A DNA stretch of 64,000 nt, from NCBI GenBank assembly GCA_951406725.2, contig OX597831.1, positions 5,270,001-5,334,000 on the forward strand, read 5' to 3'. The translations under genes and the position numbers were made by a program. The stretch is from Octopus vulgaris (taxonomy: Eukaryota). Of the stretch, positions 38,444 through 51,754 are shown one piece after another (the first letter of the stretch is position 1; the number at the start of each line of letters is the position of its first letter). Below the pieces are notes generated by a model. That model made no database searches. It was given only the letters and a program-made list of their open reading frames with translations, and had not been told where the DNA came from.

Positions 38444-39106
38444 ATATGTATATATACACACACACACACATATATTACAGCAGGCCTTCAAGTATAGAAT
38501 TGTACTCATTTCTTACTTTTATTTTCTCAATCTTTTTCTTTTTTCCTATTTTTTTTTTTCATATTTACAATTTTTTTTTTATCTTCTTCTTATGATATTC
38601 TCAACGATGAAACCATTTTTAAAATATTAGCACAACCATTATCGACGTTTAAATTTACAAATTACCGTTTATTGTGAAACACGCCTCTTCGATCGTTTGG
38701 TCATTCTCTTATTGCTAATAATTCGCCATTTAAAATTGTAGAGATTCTGAATTTCGATAGCATTTCCGATTATTTTGGCACTTCATTTAGCGAAAAAAAA
38801 TACTACATCTCTATATTATGTTTAGAAATCAAAATATTGGCGTAAATGCCTGATCAGAGATAAGTTGTGGTGATGTAAACATAACAAGCATCTATTCCGT
38901 TCATATGTCTGTACGTGTGTGTGTGTGTGTGTATGTATATATGTATATACATATACATTTATATACATCTATATATATGTATATGTTTATACACACATAT
39001 ACGCATATATATATATGCAGATGAATTCATATTTATATATACATATATATACGTACATACATATATATATATAATATATATATATATATTTCTATATCTA
39101 TCTATC

Positions 39107-39150
<44 letters not shown>

Positions 39151-39419
39151 ATGTATGTATGTATACATATATGCATGTATGTATAATATATTGTACTATG
39201 AAATAACGTATTATATACGTGCGTGTGTTTACGTGCGTGTGTTTACGTGCGTGTGTCAGTCTGCGTGCATGTATTTACATATATGTGTGTGCGTGTATAT
39301 ATATATATATATATACATGTGTAAATATGTATGCATGTATACATATGTATACCTGTACATATATACATACATATACACATATACATACATGCATATGTAC
39401 ATATGTATATCTATATGTT

Positions 39420-39478
<59 letters not shown>

Positions 39479-39741
39479 TGTGTTGAAGTGCACGCCCACA
39501 CACACAATCACATAAAGCAATATATTTTGTAGAGATAATACGAGAGTATTCTTCTTTGTTATGGTTTGTCAAGAAACGAAACTAAATGGATGATAAAATT
39601 TATTACACGAAGAACCAATATGGCGAAACTAACAATCGTAATGTGAGCAAAATGTAACCTCCGTTTTGATTTATAGGGCTTTACATTCTTTGTAGTTAAA
39701 AATTATTTTACGCATTACACGTACGCCCGTATGCTTGTCCG

Positions 39742-40004
39742 TAGTGGCGGACTGGCCAGATTGCCAGCTTGCTCCATGGCAAGTTGGCCCCTGCGCCATT
39801 AGAATCTATATGTGGGGGCCCATGTTAGTATCTAAGGGGTCCATCCCCTCAAGTTTGAGAATTTTTTTATTCACTACTGGAAGAATGCATTAATTATTTC
39901 AGCCTGGCTGTGTTTGTAGACAGATTGGGTGGGACCCCTTGTAGTTGCGTGTGGGCCCCCTTAGCCTCCTGGCAACCAATATTTTTAAACCTAGTCCGCC
40001 ATTG
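39742..40004. mobile_element. hAT-type MITE inserted in an old family A-like SINE
   Basis: TIRs TAGTGGCGGACT / AGTCCGCCATTG; 8-bp TSD CTTGTCCG / CTTGTACG. Confidence 0.82.
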
Positions 40005-40012
40005 CTTGTACG

Positions 40013-40370
40013 GTTGCAAACCTCGGTTTGAAACTACGTGATATCTAGATCAGTTTCACAGTGCATCTTGAAGATGTCTTCTACTATATCCAGAGCAGAC
40101 CATTAGGTTGTAAGTTTGGTAGACGAAAACTGCGTGGTAACACGCCGTTTCCATGTGTGCAGTTGTGTGTTTGTGTTTGCCTCCCACCGTTTAACAACCG
40201 GTGTTGGCTTGTTGATGTTCCAGTAATTTAGCAGTTCGGCAAAAGTGACCTGTAGGATCAATATATCCGACTTAATACTGGAATCGATTTGTTCGTCAAA
40301 ATCCTTTCAAAGTTTTGCTCCAGCATAGCCGAAATCCAATGACTGGAATCATTTAAAGGTAAAGAGTAAA
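40013..40370 (+). mobile_element. Old diverged family A-like SINE
   Basis: GTCTTCTACTATA..TTTGGTAGACG..CAACCGGTGTTGG..GCTCCAGCAT. Confidence 0.65.
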
Positions 40371-40462
40371 AAACACACGCACAAATACACACAGATAGAA
40401 AGGTAGATAGAGAGACAGACAGACCTATATTATGTATATATATATATATACATAATATATGC

Positions 40463-40511
<49 letters not shown>

Positions 40512-40514
40512 AGT

Positions 40515-40631
40515 TTGTCATTTGACTGCGGCCATGGTGGAGCACCACCTCTAGTCGAACAAATCGACTCCAGGACATATTCTTTATAAGCCTAATACTT
40601 ATTCTATCGGCATCTTTTGCCGAACCGCTAA

Positions 40632-40723
<92 letters not shown>

Positions 40724-40882
40724 GACGGGTATCTTTTAGTTTCCATCTACCAAATCCACTCACTAGGCTTTGGTTGGCCCGAGGCTATAATACAAAGTCA
40801 CTTGCCTAAGGTGCCACGCATTGTTATTGAATCCGGAACCATGTGGTTGGGAAGCAAGTTTCTTACTACACAGCAACGCCTG
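40515..40882 (-). mobile_element. Family A SINE with internal deletion
   Basis: Homology to family A. Confidence 0.82.
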
Positions 40883-40934
40883 TGTCTATATATATATATA
40901 CACACACACATATATAAAAATATATGCACACACC

Positions 40935-41710
40935 TTACATAGTTTTAATATACTTTTTAATATATTTTATATTGTGTTTCGCTTTCGCCAATCATGACTT
41001 TGAAATTATTATAATTTCTTATTTAAGTCCATGTTGTGACTTTGTGAATGAATCAATAAGTAGAAAAATCTAAGAGGAGGTAACTGATGATTGTTATTAT
41101 TCGAAAGAGAGGTGGTAATTGTACAACTTTCGGGGAGAAGATAAATATACTCAAAAACTAAAGTAGAGAGAAGAAATATGTTCAATGATGGGTATGTGAT
41201 AATGAATTAAAATATATACTGATATCAAAGTTGGTTATGCATTCATATTTAGACGTGTTCTGTATTTTTCAATGAACAAATTTTCTTTATTTAAACTTTT
41301 TCGTGTAGAAATTTTTTCTTTGCACTGGTAGATGGGAAAAACTGTGAAGTTTGTTTGGACATTATCCACGAATCTCTATGTGTTCACTCAAAAGAATCTG
41401 TCTGTACTGCAGGAACCGGATCTGTTCCTTATGTAGTGTGGTTCTCCATCTACGTGTCATACTTGTCTGTCCTATATAGTTATGTCCACAACATGAGCAA
41501 GTTATAACCTAACTTGCTCATAACTCTCGGAAACACAAGTGAAGCTGGGTTTAATTGTGAACCTCTCTCCTTGTTCAAATAAGAATTCCGAGCCTTCCAG
41601 TAGGTTGGGGCATGTTCCACAGTTTGGGCGTCCACATTTTTAACCGCTAGTTACATGGTTGTTGTGTAAAGCTTCGCATTTGTTAGAAGTCTTTTTAGCG
41701 ATTTTACTTT
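40935..41710 (-). mobile_element. Penelope-like (Neptune-type) GIY-YIG endonuclease remnant with 3' UTR
   Basis: KSLKRLLTNAKL..KKCGRPNCGTC..FTCVSE / VITCSCCGHNYIGQT..LSEHI..FTVFPIYQC..KENLFIEKYRTRLN; frameshifts and stops. Confidence 0.85.
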
Positions 41711-41899
41711 ACAAAGGAGGGCTCAATACCTTGAATAGAGTCAGTTTATTGTCTAAAGTTATTCAGAGGTTCGTAAGTATAAGTATAGTACAATGGCTTT
41801 CATGCCTTTCCCTTTTGTCACTGAAGGTGTAAAGGAATTATCATCAGGAATTGAACCTTGTTACTTAGTTTGATCATCTTTTGTAACGTGATAAAAAGT

Positions 41900-42625
41900 A
41901 CTTTCTTTCTCTCTTTCTCTATTTTTCTCCCTGTCTTTCTGTTTATTTCACCCTATCTTTCTCACTCTATTTTTCTCACTCTCTATGTCTGTCTATGTTC
42001 TCTGTGTGTCTGTCAGTCTCTTCCTCTTTCCTTCTCTCTGTCTGTCTGTCTATATGTCTCTCTCTTTTTCTCTATCTGTCTATCTATTTCTCTCTCTCTC
42101 TCTCTCATTCTGGCTCTCATTCTCTTTCTCTTCTCTCTCCCACTCTCTCTTTCTCTCTGTCTATCTCTCTATATATATATATCTTTTTCTCTGTCTGTCT
42201 ATCTATTTCTCTCTCTCTCTCTCATTCTGGCTCTCATTCTCTTTCTCTTCTCTCTCCCACTCTCTCTTTCTCTCTGTCTATCTGTCTATATATATATATC
42301 TTTTTCTCTGTCTGTCTATCTAACTCTCTCTCTCTCTCATTCTCGCTCTCTTTCTCTTCTCTCTCCCACTCTCTCTCTCATTCTCGCTCTCTTTCTCTTC
42401 TCTCTCCCACTCTCTCTCTTTCTCTCTGTCTATCTCTCTCTCTCTCTTTTTCTCTCTCTGTCAATCTATTTCTCCCTCATTCTCGTTCTCTTTCTCTTCT
42501 CTCTCCCACTCTCTCTTTCTCTCTGTGTTCCTTTCACTATTTTCATCTCTACTTCTCTCTCTTGCTCCCCTCTTTCTTCCACCCTCTCATCCCCACAGTC
42601 TATCCCTCCCCCTCTCTCTCTCTCT
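41900..42625. repeat. (CT)-rich tract with ~110-bp duplicated units
   Basis: CTCATTCTGGCTCTCATTCTCTTTCTC repeated. Confidence 0.85.
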
Positions 42626-43399
42626 ACATACGTGTCTGAGTGTATATATGTGTGTGTACGCGCACGAGCATGTACATGCAATCACACATCTCACTAGACC
42701 CATTGCTACTTTCAGGCTCATTATTAATTACACCATTAACATCATCATCATTCTCATCAGCAACATTGTCAGCAGTGGTTACTACTACCACTACTACTCC
42801 TACTCCTACTACCAGTAGTAGTAGTAGTAGTAGTAAAGCGACAATAATAAAATGACCGTAAAATGATAATGAAATCTCACTTCAGGACGAATTTTATATC
42901 CATTAAATATTTAATTCCGCTATTACTAATAATAATAATAATAATAATAATGTTGAAAGTCGCGAATCGCTACAAAAACAATAGTAGCATCAATAACGTA
43001 ATTAAAATACTAAAAAATAACAAACTATAATTAAAATCTAATACTTTCACGTCGACCAGCGACGCCATCTTCCTCCTCCACCTCTCGTTTATTTTCTACT
43101 CTTACCGCACCTCAAATTCCTTTTTTTTTTTAAAAAAAAGAAAAAGAAGCAGCAAAACTTATATAACTGTACCGCATTTAAAACAGTAAAAAGAAAATAA
43201 ATACAAAAAGTCTCGCACCAAAAACGAAGGGGAGAAAAAATCACGACGGCACATCTCCGGTTATTCGGACCCAGCGGAGCGTGTTCGATTCAAATGAGAG
43301 ATCGTTAATCTTCATATTTTGTTTTAACTGTATGAGTGTGTGTGTATGTGTGTGTGTATGTATGTATTTCTTCATGTATCTATAACTATATATATATAT

Positions 43400-43884
43400 A
43401 TATATATATACACGCATATATATATATGTATTCAATTTTGTTTAGTTATATATAAATATATATATGTATTCAATTTTGTATAGTTATATATAAATATATA
43501 TATGTATTCAATTTTGTATAGTTATATACATATATATATGCAATTTTGTATATAATTATATACATACATATATATATGTATGTATATATACATACAGATT
43601 TATGTATAAACATACACACACATTAGTGTATATAGTATACTAATATATGTGTATGTATGTATATATATATATATATACATGTGTATATATAAATGCACAT
43701 ATTATGTGTATATATATATATACATGTGTATATATAAATGCACATATTATGTGTATATATATATACATGTGTATATATAAATGCACATATTATGTGTGTA
43801 TATATATATATATACATGTGTATATATAAATGCACATATTATGTGTATATATATATATACATGTGTATATATAAATGCACATAT

Positions 43885-43921
<37 letters not shown>
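43400..43921. repeat. Two microsatellite-derived minisatellites (~38-bp x4 and ~45-bp x5)
   Basis: GTATTCAATTTTGTATAGTTATA and ACATGTGTATATATAAATGCACATATTATG units. Confidence 0.88.
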
Positions 43922-43924
<3 letters not shown>

Positions 43925-44467
43925 CTTCCCATATCTCACTATTTTTATTCAATTTGTTTTATTTTCTTCTCACTTTTACTTTATTTCTGTACGACGCTGC
44001 CTGCCAGATTAACAAAAATAACTCCAATAATAATCTATGCAAATTTCTTTCTGGGTTGTCTGTCGTCTGCTTTTGCAAGTTATAAAGCAGACATCTTGTT
44101 TCCCAATGATTCACTCATTTATTTTCACTAGCAATGGCAGTTATTCCCTGGCACCACAAATACGCCATAGAGTTGCACATTTTTCACTTCTACGTCTTCA
44201 GTCGCTTTATATTTAGTTTCATTGATGATGTTTTTGTTTGTTACGTGTTTACTATGTTGTTGGTGTGCTGTTTTTTGGAGGAGTATTTTTTTTCCTTTTT
44301 GCATTTTTTGAGTTTAGTTTTTTTTATTTATTTTTCCATGTATTCCGAAAATGTTCTGATTATTTTATCGATCTCTTTAGCAATGTTTCTACTTTTATAA
44401 ATACATGACTTATATAATACATAAACATATATACATATGTACACCTATAGATATATGTACACTCTAT

Positions 44468-44512
<45 letters not shown>

Positions 44513-44859
44513 CGCATATATAGATATATATGTATATATAAATACATATATAGATATATATATGTATATATATAGATATACATATATAGATATAGATATA
44601 TGTATATATATAGACACACACATATATATACGTACATACATACATATATATCTATATATACACACACACATATGTATATATTGTATATTATATATGTATA
44701 CTTAGTTATATATACATATGTACGTACAGACATGCATGTAAATATATATATATGTGTGTGTGTGTGTATGTGTGTGTGTGTGTGTGTGTGTATTCCTCCA
44801 CATATGTTATATACTTCTACATTTATGTCTCTCTCTCTCTCTCTCTCGCTGGCTCTCTT

Positions 44860-44913
<54 letters not shown>

Positions 44914-45425
44914 TACACACACACACATCCTAAGAAATAGACGTGATTTTGTATGATGTGCTGATTTGTCTCAGATTGTGGCTTTTATACACTCGCACAT
45001 ACACGTGTGTTGGTGTGCATACATTTACGTACATACATACACATATACATGCATGCATACATACATAAATACATACAGACGTGTATACACACAAATATAT
45101 ACATATAATAGAGAGAAAGAAACAGACATAAGCACACATGTACAGACCGAATGAGATGGATGGTTAGATGGATGGATGGATGGATGTTTAGATGTTACCG
45201 CTTGGACACTAAATCTTACAATATCGCCTGAATGTAGATTTGTGCTGAGGTGACAAGATGTCGGTTGAATGAGAACTATGGAATTGTGGGATGTTATCGC
45301 AAAAATGAGGCGATCAGTGTTATAAAAGCCATGGCTTATCGAAGCGATGCATCTTTCGATTTCAAGCCTATACTAACATTTTGGTACATTCCTTAGACAT
45401 TGCCTTTGTAATAAAATGGATTTCA

Positions 45426-45845
45426 GGGGCACGCCGGACGAAATACTTAGCGGTATTTCGTCTGGCGGCGAGCTGGCAGAAACGTTAGAACTCTGGGTGA
45501 AATGCTTAGTGGTATTTCGTCTGCCGTTACGTTCTGAGTTCAAATTCCGCCGAGGTCGACTTTGCCTTTCATCCTTTCGGGGTCGATTAAATAAGTACCA
45601 GTTACGCACTGGGGTCGATGTAATCGACTTAATCTGTTTGTCTGTCCTTGTTTGTCCTCTCTCTATTTAGCCCCTTGTGGGTAGTAAAGAAATAGGTATT
45701 TCGTCTGTCTGAGTTCAAATTCCGCTGTGGTCGACTTTGCCTTTAATCCTTTCGGGTTCATTAAGTACCAGTTGCGTTCTAGGGTCGATCTAATCAACTG
45801 GCCCCCTACCCAACAATTTCGGGCCTTGTACCTAGAGAAGAAAGG
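45426..45845 (+). mobile_element. Nested SINEs: B (45465-45694) inside B', each with its own TSD
   Basis: Outer TSD AATAAAATGGATTTCA (45410, 45846); inner TSD GGTATTTCGTCTG (45452, 45695). Confidence 0.9.
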
Positions 45846-45984
45846 AATAAAATGGATTTCAAATCAGCTTAGGAAATAGTTTTATTACTTTTGCCGGACT
45901 AAATTTATGGGAATAAAACAACGTAGTCCCGGTAGGCTAGGCTTGGGATCCACTCATTTGAGTACAGGTTTGAATATGCCTAAA

Positions 45985-46027
<43 letters not shown>

Positions 46028-46204
46028 ACACATGGGAGAGATATGAAAATTTCTTGGCTTTGTGTAAAAGAAAATACAGGAGAATCAGGAAGCTACGATT
46101 TTATGCGACGTATTACTCTCTCAGATTCACATATTTATTGCTGCGGCCCTTCAGATTTTCTAAGCTCTGTAAAAGAACTCGGAACTTTTTAGCACCCTCT
46201 CATA
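46028..46204. mobile_element. Degenerate mariner-derived MITE
   Basis: Weak TIRs ..GGGAGAGATATGAAAATTTC vs GGAACTTTTTAGCACCCTCTCATA in TA context. Confidence 0.45.
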
Positions 46205-46249
46205 TATATATATGTATGTCTCGTCTGTATTTAGTCATTTTAATTCTTT

Positions 46250-47340
46250 CTAATAAGAAGCACCTGCTTTTTCACAAATATACAAACCTCCGTCTTTGGA
46301 ATGCGGATAACGAAAGCAAAGTCACATTTTAAACGTTTCGCTTACAGATTGTATTGGTAATGTGCGAATCTGTTGATTCATTTCTTTTTCTGAAAATCCA
46401 AGCTTCCCCAGACTGACAGTAAGGCATTTACTCACAAAGCCTATTATTGGTATAAATGTAAACTTGTAATCCGGATAGAGAAACCGGAGGTTTCCAAGCA
46501 GTTGTCCATAGTTACCTTCTTCCTCTTTGATTTTCAAAAAAAATATTCACATCAGCAGAACAGCTGACCTCTATGACGGAACATACCTTTCTTGTCTGTC
46601 CCAAACAACAATATCTGACCTATTATGATTATACTGGACATATGTTTTGATGGGAATGTGCCACCAGCATTCCTTGTGGTTGTATTTGCGTTGGTATTCA
46701 ATGACAGGGCGAGTCTTTATAATTATTCCAGGACAGTCTTTTTTCCGAATGGCCTTGTATATTCTTTCTACAACAGAGCCATGTCGCATTGGGAGGTAAT
46801 ACCTATTTCTTTACTACCCACAAGGGGCTAAACACAGAGGGGACAAACAAGGACAGACAAACGGATTAAGTCGATTATATCAACCCCAGTGCGTAACTGG
46901 TACTTAATTTATCGACCCCGAAAGGATGAAAGGCAAAGTTGACCTCGGCGGAATTTGAACCCAAGAGAGGTGATACCTTGATGGCATTTTGGAGCAGCTG
47001 CTAACCACATGTAGGATGTCTTCCACAGAAATATGACATAATTTACATTTCTCGGTTGCATCATGGAGCTCCAACGGCTTCACTGTCTCTTTTGTTGATC
47101 AGGTATTTAGTAGGAATCTCCTGTTCTTGGATTGCAAATGCATAGCCTTCGAAGTGTGATGCGAAGTACCAGTCACGTGTCTTAGAAATGCTTTGCTTTA
47201 TGCCAATGCTACTATCTTCTTGAAGTCTACGAGAAACATACCCATGCATGGTCCTTTTTCGGTATGATGAGCGTTTCACTTCCAGGTCTTTTTTGAGGTA
47301 TGCTTGCCTGACTGATTTGGGGGTTGTATGGGAGATCATC
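46250..47340 (-). pseudogene. R4/Dong-like non-LTR retrotransposon 3' part (zinc knuckle plus restriction-like endonuclease)
   Basis: MHGY..EGYAFAIQEQEIPTK..EDILHVVSSC..MRH..NRSDIVVWD..EVSC..NYGQLL..FIPII; frameshifted. Confidence 0.85.
46803..46960 (-). mobile_element. Family B SINE inserted in the RLE element
   Basis: TSD-like GAGGTAATACCT / GAGGTGATACCT. Confidence 0.85.
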
Positions 47341-47476
47341 AGGAAGAGAATACTTCTTGAGAAGCTCACTTCCAACACGTAAAATATTGTTTTCTTCATT
47401 ACACCGGGAGAAATCACTTATTACCTCCCCTTATCTGGAACTCTCTTCACACTTCTCAACGTAAACATAACGATGT

Positions 47477-47516
47477 AAGAAATTTGAAAAGCTGAACGCG
47501 AAACCGGTCATTTCTT
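47477..47516 (+). ncRNA. Minimal hammerhead-like motif with U3-A8 core, in a short segment ending at (TA)n (47659)
   Basis: AAGAAAT-TTGAAAA-GC tgaac GC-GAAA-CCGG-TC-ATTTCTT: perfect 7-bp stem I, palindromic stem III, GUC triplet. Confidence 0.7.
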
Positions 47517-47677
47517 CAAAAACTTTGTCATTGTATGAAAAAAATTTATACATTCTTCAGACATAATGACTCAAATATATATATTTTTAACCTTTTAAAA
47601 CAAGCCTTCTGTAGTTTTTTCACTTTTTACTATTTTCTATATATTCAACCACGTGCTTTCACACACCAACTTTCTCA

Positions 47678-47714
<37 letters not shown>

Positions 47715-47725
<11 letters not shown>

Positions 47726-48085
47726 TAAATACATACTATAAATACATAAATATATATACATATATAAATACATACTATAAATATATACACATATATAAAT
47801 ACATGCTGTAAATATATACACATATATAAATACACACTGTAAATATATACACATATATAAATACATACTATAAATATATACACATATATAAATACAGACT
47901 GTAAATATATACACATATATAAATACATTCTGTAAATATATACACATATATAAATACATGCTGTAAATATATACACATATATAAATACACACTGTAAATA
48001 TATACATATATATAAATACATACTGTAAATATATACACATATATAAATACATACTGTAAATATATACACATATATAAATACATAA
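47715..48085. repeat. ~30-bp minisatellite ATATATAAATACATACTGTAAATATATACAC, about 11 copies
   Basis: Direct reading. Confidence 0.9.
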
Positions 48086-48118
<33 letters not shown>

Positions 48119-48516
48119 AATACATACTTACAGGAATCCTGTATGTGTATGTACATCTTTGTGCATTTGTCTTTCAACACTTTATTGCCGGTGTCGGTTT
48201 GTTTACAACTGAAATATGTGAAATGCTAAAAAACATGGAAGAGAATACATGTATGTATGTATGTATGTATGTATGTATGTATGTATGTATGTATGTATGT
48301 ATGTATGTATGTATGTATGTACGTATGCATGCTTGCATGTGTGTATGTATGCATATATGTATGCATGTATGTATGAATGTATTATGTATATGTGTGTATA
48401 CGTATGTTGGCATGAATGTGTTATGCATATATTCTGTCTGTCTGTATGTATGTATGCAAGTTTCTATGTATGTGTCATGTTATATGTACATGTATAACAT
48501 ACGTATGCATACTTAC

Positions 48517-48680
48517 AGGCACAGAGATGACTGTGTGGCAGAAAGTTTGCTTCCAAGCCACATGGTTCTGGGTTCAATTCCATTCCATGACACCTTAGAT
48601 AAATGTCATGCATTATAACCACAGACTGACCAAGATCCTATGATTGAATTCGGTAGGCAGAAACTGAAAGAATCCCATCG

Positions 48681-48715
<35 letters not shown>

Positions 48716-49005
48716 CAAACATGCACGCGCACACGTAAATACATACATACGATGGGATTCTCTCCGTTTCCGCTTACCGAATTCATATATATATATATGT
48801 GTGTGTGTGTGTATGTGTGAGTGCGTCCGTGTGTGTGTGTGCTTGCCCCCTTCTCCACCGTTGTCCCCGTAACTTAGCGGTTCGGCAATAGAACGAAGTG
48901 GAATAAGTACCAGATTTACAAAAAAAAGTAAAGAAAAGGAGTACTAAAACCCTTCAATGCGGTGCTCCAGCATGGCCGTGAACCAATGACTGAAACAACT
49001 AAAAG
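48517..49005 (+). mobile_element. Diverged family A SINE with internal inverted duplication
   Basis: ~43-bp inverted repeat at 48645-48785. Confidence 0.75.
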
Positions 49006-49199
49006 GCAAAAGATTACAGTCATATGCCTTTCGAGTATGTATATATGTATGTGTAAGTATGTGTATATGTGTGTGTCTGTGTGCGTAATGAGTGTGTCTG
49101 TGTGTCACGACGGTTTCTGCTGTCTGACTGTAAACCTAAACAAGGTTTTTGTGGTACGTTTTTTTTTTGTGTTCGTTGTTTAAATGATCAATTTAAATG

Positions 49200-49600
49200 A
49201 CATTACATTAGGGTTTATAAATAGAGCAAATAACGAAGAAGGGTAAGAAAAGAAGGGAGCTACCATTTAAAGGGGGATAGATGTGTATTCAGTGGCCTTA
49301 CCCAGTATGTAGCCCCTTGATAAGAAACAAACACGGAAACCAAGTAAACAGCTACGAGACGATTTAACCGCCCAAACCAACCAATGACAAAGCTTCTAGG
49401 CAGATCTTTAAATACGGGCTGCTCTGTAGAGCGAGACGAGACGCCAACTAAGCCTGTCCATAGCCGGTCACGGATCGCTGAACCGTTTTCTCCGTCGTCC
49501 GATGTTATTTAATGTTTTGCCATAGAGTTCTTTTGTACACAATAATGGCGGCGTAGAAATTAAACGATTGCTCGTTCTTAATCCAATGGTCCTTAATTAG
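49200..49600 (+). promoter_or_regulatory. Candidate Pol II promoter island
   Basis: CpG-rich unique DNA; CCGCCC, CCAAT and TTTAAATA in order at 49367-49414; GTAAACA, GATAAG, ATAATGGCGG; motif-only evidence. Confidence 0.35.
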
Positions 49601-49881
49601 ATGGAATTACGGAGGAAGGGGGTTGGGTGGGGTGGTGGGGTTCGGGTTTTGAGGGTTGAGGATAGAAGGAAACTGAGGGGAGGGAAGGGGTATGTTGGGG
49701 TGGGGTGGGGTGGGAGTGGGGGCTTGTGTGGTGATGTGATGTGTAGAGGTGGATGCGTGGATTGTTCGGAACAGAGAGAATATCAGAGCGGAAGTTGGAT
49801 GGAGAGCAATGGAAACACGACAGTGTATTTCAGTGCTTGTGTGAGTGCATGTATGTGAGTGCATGTGTGTGTGCAAGTGTG

Positions 49882-49914
<33 letters not shown>

Positions 49915-49919
<5 letters not shown>

Positions 49920-50045
49920 TGTGTGTGGAAACATGTGTGTATATGTGAGTAGGGTAGTGGCTATGTATGGAAGACTGTACGTGTGTATACAGTAGTTTGT
50001 GTATATGTATGTGTTTCTATGTATGTGTGTGTGTGTGAGTGCAAA

Positions 50046-50081
<36 letters not shown>

Positions 50082-50329
50082 CCTGTATGTGTAAGTAGGG
50101 TAGTGGCTATGTATGGAAGACTGTATGTGTGTGTACAGTAGTCTGTGTATGTGCATGTGTCTCTATGTATGTGGGTGTGTGTGAGTGCGTGTGCGTGCAA
50201 GTGTGTGCGTGCAAGTGTGTGCGTGTTTGTGTGTGGAAACATGTATGCATATGTGAGTAGGGTGGTGGCTATGTATGGAAGACTGTATGTGTATGTACAG
50301 CAGTTTATGTGCATGTGACTCTATGTATG

Positions 50330-50371
<42 letters not shown>

Positions 50372-50500
50372 CATTTTTGAGTGTGCGTGTTTGCGTGTGG
50401 AAACATGTATGTGTATGTGAGTAGGGTACTGGCGATGTACGGCAGATTGTATGTGTGTGTACAGTAGTTTGTGTATGTGCATGTGTCTCTATATATGTAG
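49915..50500. repeat. ~120-180-bp tandem unit x4 (GAGTAGGGTAGTGGCTATGTATGGAAGACTGTA) in (TG)n
   Basis: Direct reading. Confidence 0.85.
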
Positions 50501-51168
50501 AGGTGTGTGTGTGAGAGAGAGAGAGCGTAGAAGCGCGCGCGCGCGCGTGTGTGTGTGTGTCTGTGCACAGTTATGAGTGTGTGTAGAACCATGTGTGTGT
50601 GAACAATAATGAGACAGTGTGTGTGTGTGTGTATGCGTGCATGTGTGTGAGCGTGTGTTCAGGGAACAAGAGACGAGTAGAGAGAGACGTAGACGGGTAG
50701 AGAGAGAAAATGATGGGAATAATGGAGAGAGAGAGAGAGAGAGAGAGTGAGAGTGAGAGCTGAAGAAGAGAAAGCTGAGGAAGGAATGAAAAGAGGAAGA
50801 GGAGGAGGATAAAGGGCGGATGGGAGAGTTGAGTTTAGTAAATATGCAGTCGTTGTTAGGGCAAAAGATGTGAGGTTCTTTTCATCTTGGTTAAAATGGC
50901 GTACACACACACATACACACACATTCGTATGCATATTATGTGTGTGTGTGTGTATATATGTGTATATATATATATATATTGTGTGTGTGTACACAAACAT
51001 TTATGCACTGGTATACGTACATACATATATATACACATAGATGTATGTGCATTTATACATGTATATATAGATGCAAACAGGCGTACAGATGTACATGTAT
51101 AAAACATATACATACACGTTCCCCATACGCACACGCATATACATACGCACACATAAACATGCATACGC

Positions 51169-51228
<60 letters not shown>

Positions 51229-51426
51229 TGTATATATATTTGTGAATATGTCTACATATGTGTGTGTATATTATGTAACAAGAGGTTTGTATAAAAGCCT
51301 CTAAATACGGGGTATTTCCATAAATGGAAGGAAACCGACTCACGTCCACCAAATTCAACCATTTTGTGCCGCAGTGAAGATTTGAAAATATTTCGGAGCG
51401 TTTCCACTTAAGATTCCTGAACGTAC

Positions 51427-51532
51427 AGGCGCAGGCGTGGCTGTGTAGTAAGAAGCTTCTTAGCCAACCAAATGGTTTCGGGTTCAGTCCCGCTGCGTGG
51501 CACCTTAGGCAAGTGTGTTCTAGAAAAGCCTT

Positions 51533-51610
<78 letters not shown>

Positions 51611-51684
51611 ATCTATGCGTGTGTGTATGGGGAACGTGTATGTATATGTTTTATACATGTACATATGTACGCCTACTTGCACAT

Positions 51685-51715
<31 letters not shown>

Positions 51716-51754
51716 GAAATATACATATATATGTGTACACACTCACACGCACAC

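Noticed and set aside
40965-41000. Hammerhead in the 3' UTR of the GIY-YIG remnant (minus strand ATGATTG-GC gaaa GC-GAAAC)
   Set aside because: The position is suggestive, but stems I and III cannot be formed and A9 is altered.
45190-45925. Solo LTR hosting the nested SINEs
   Set aside because: TG start, TATAAAA and AATAAA are present, but I could not define a 3' CA end or TSD.
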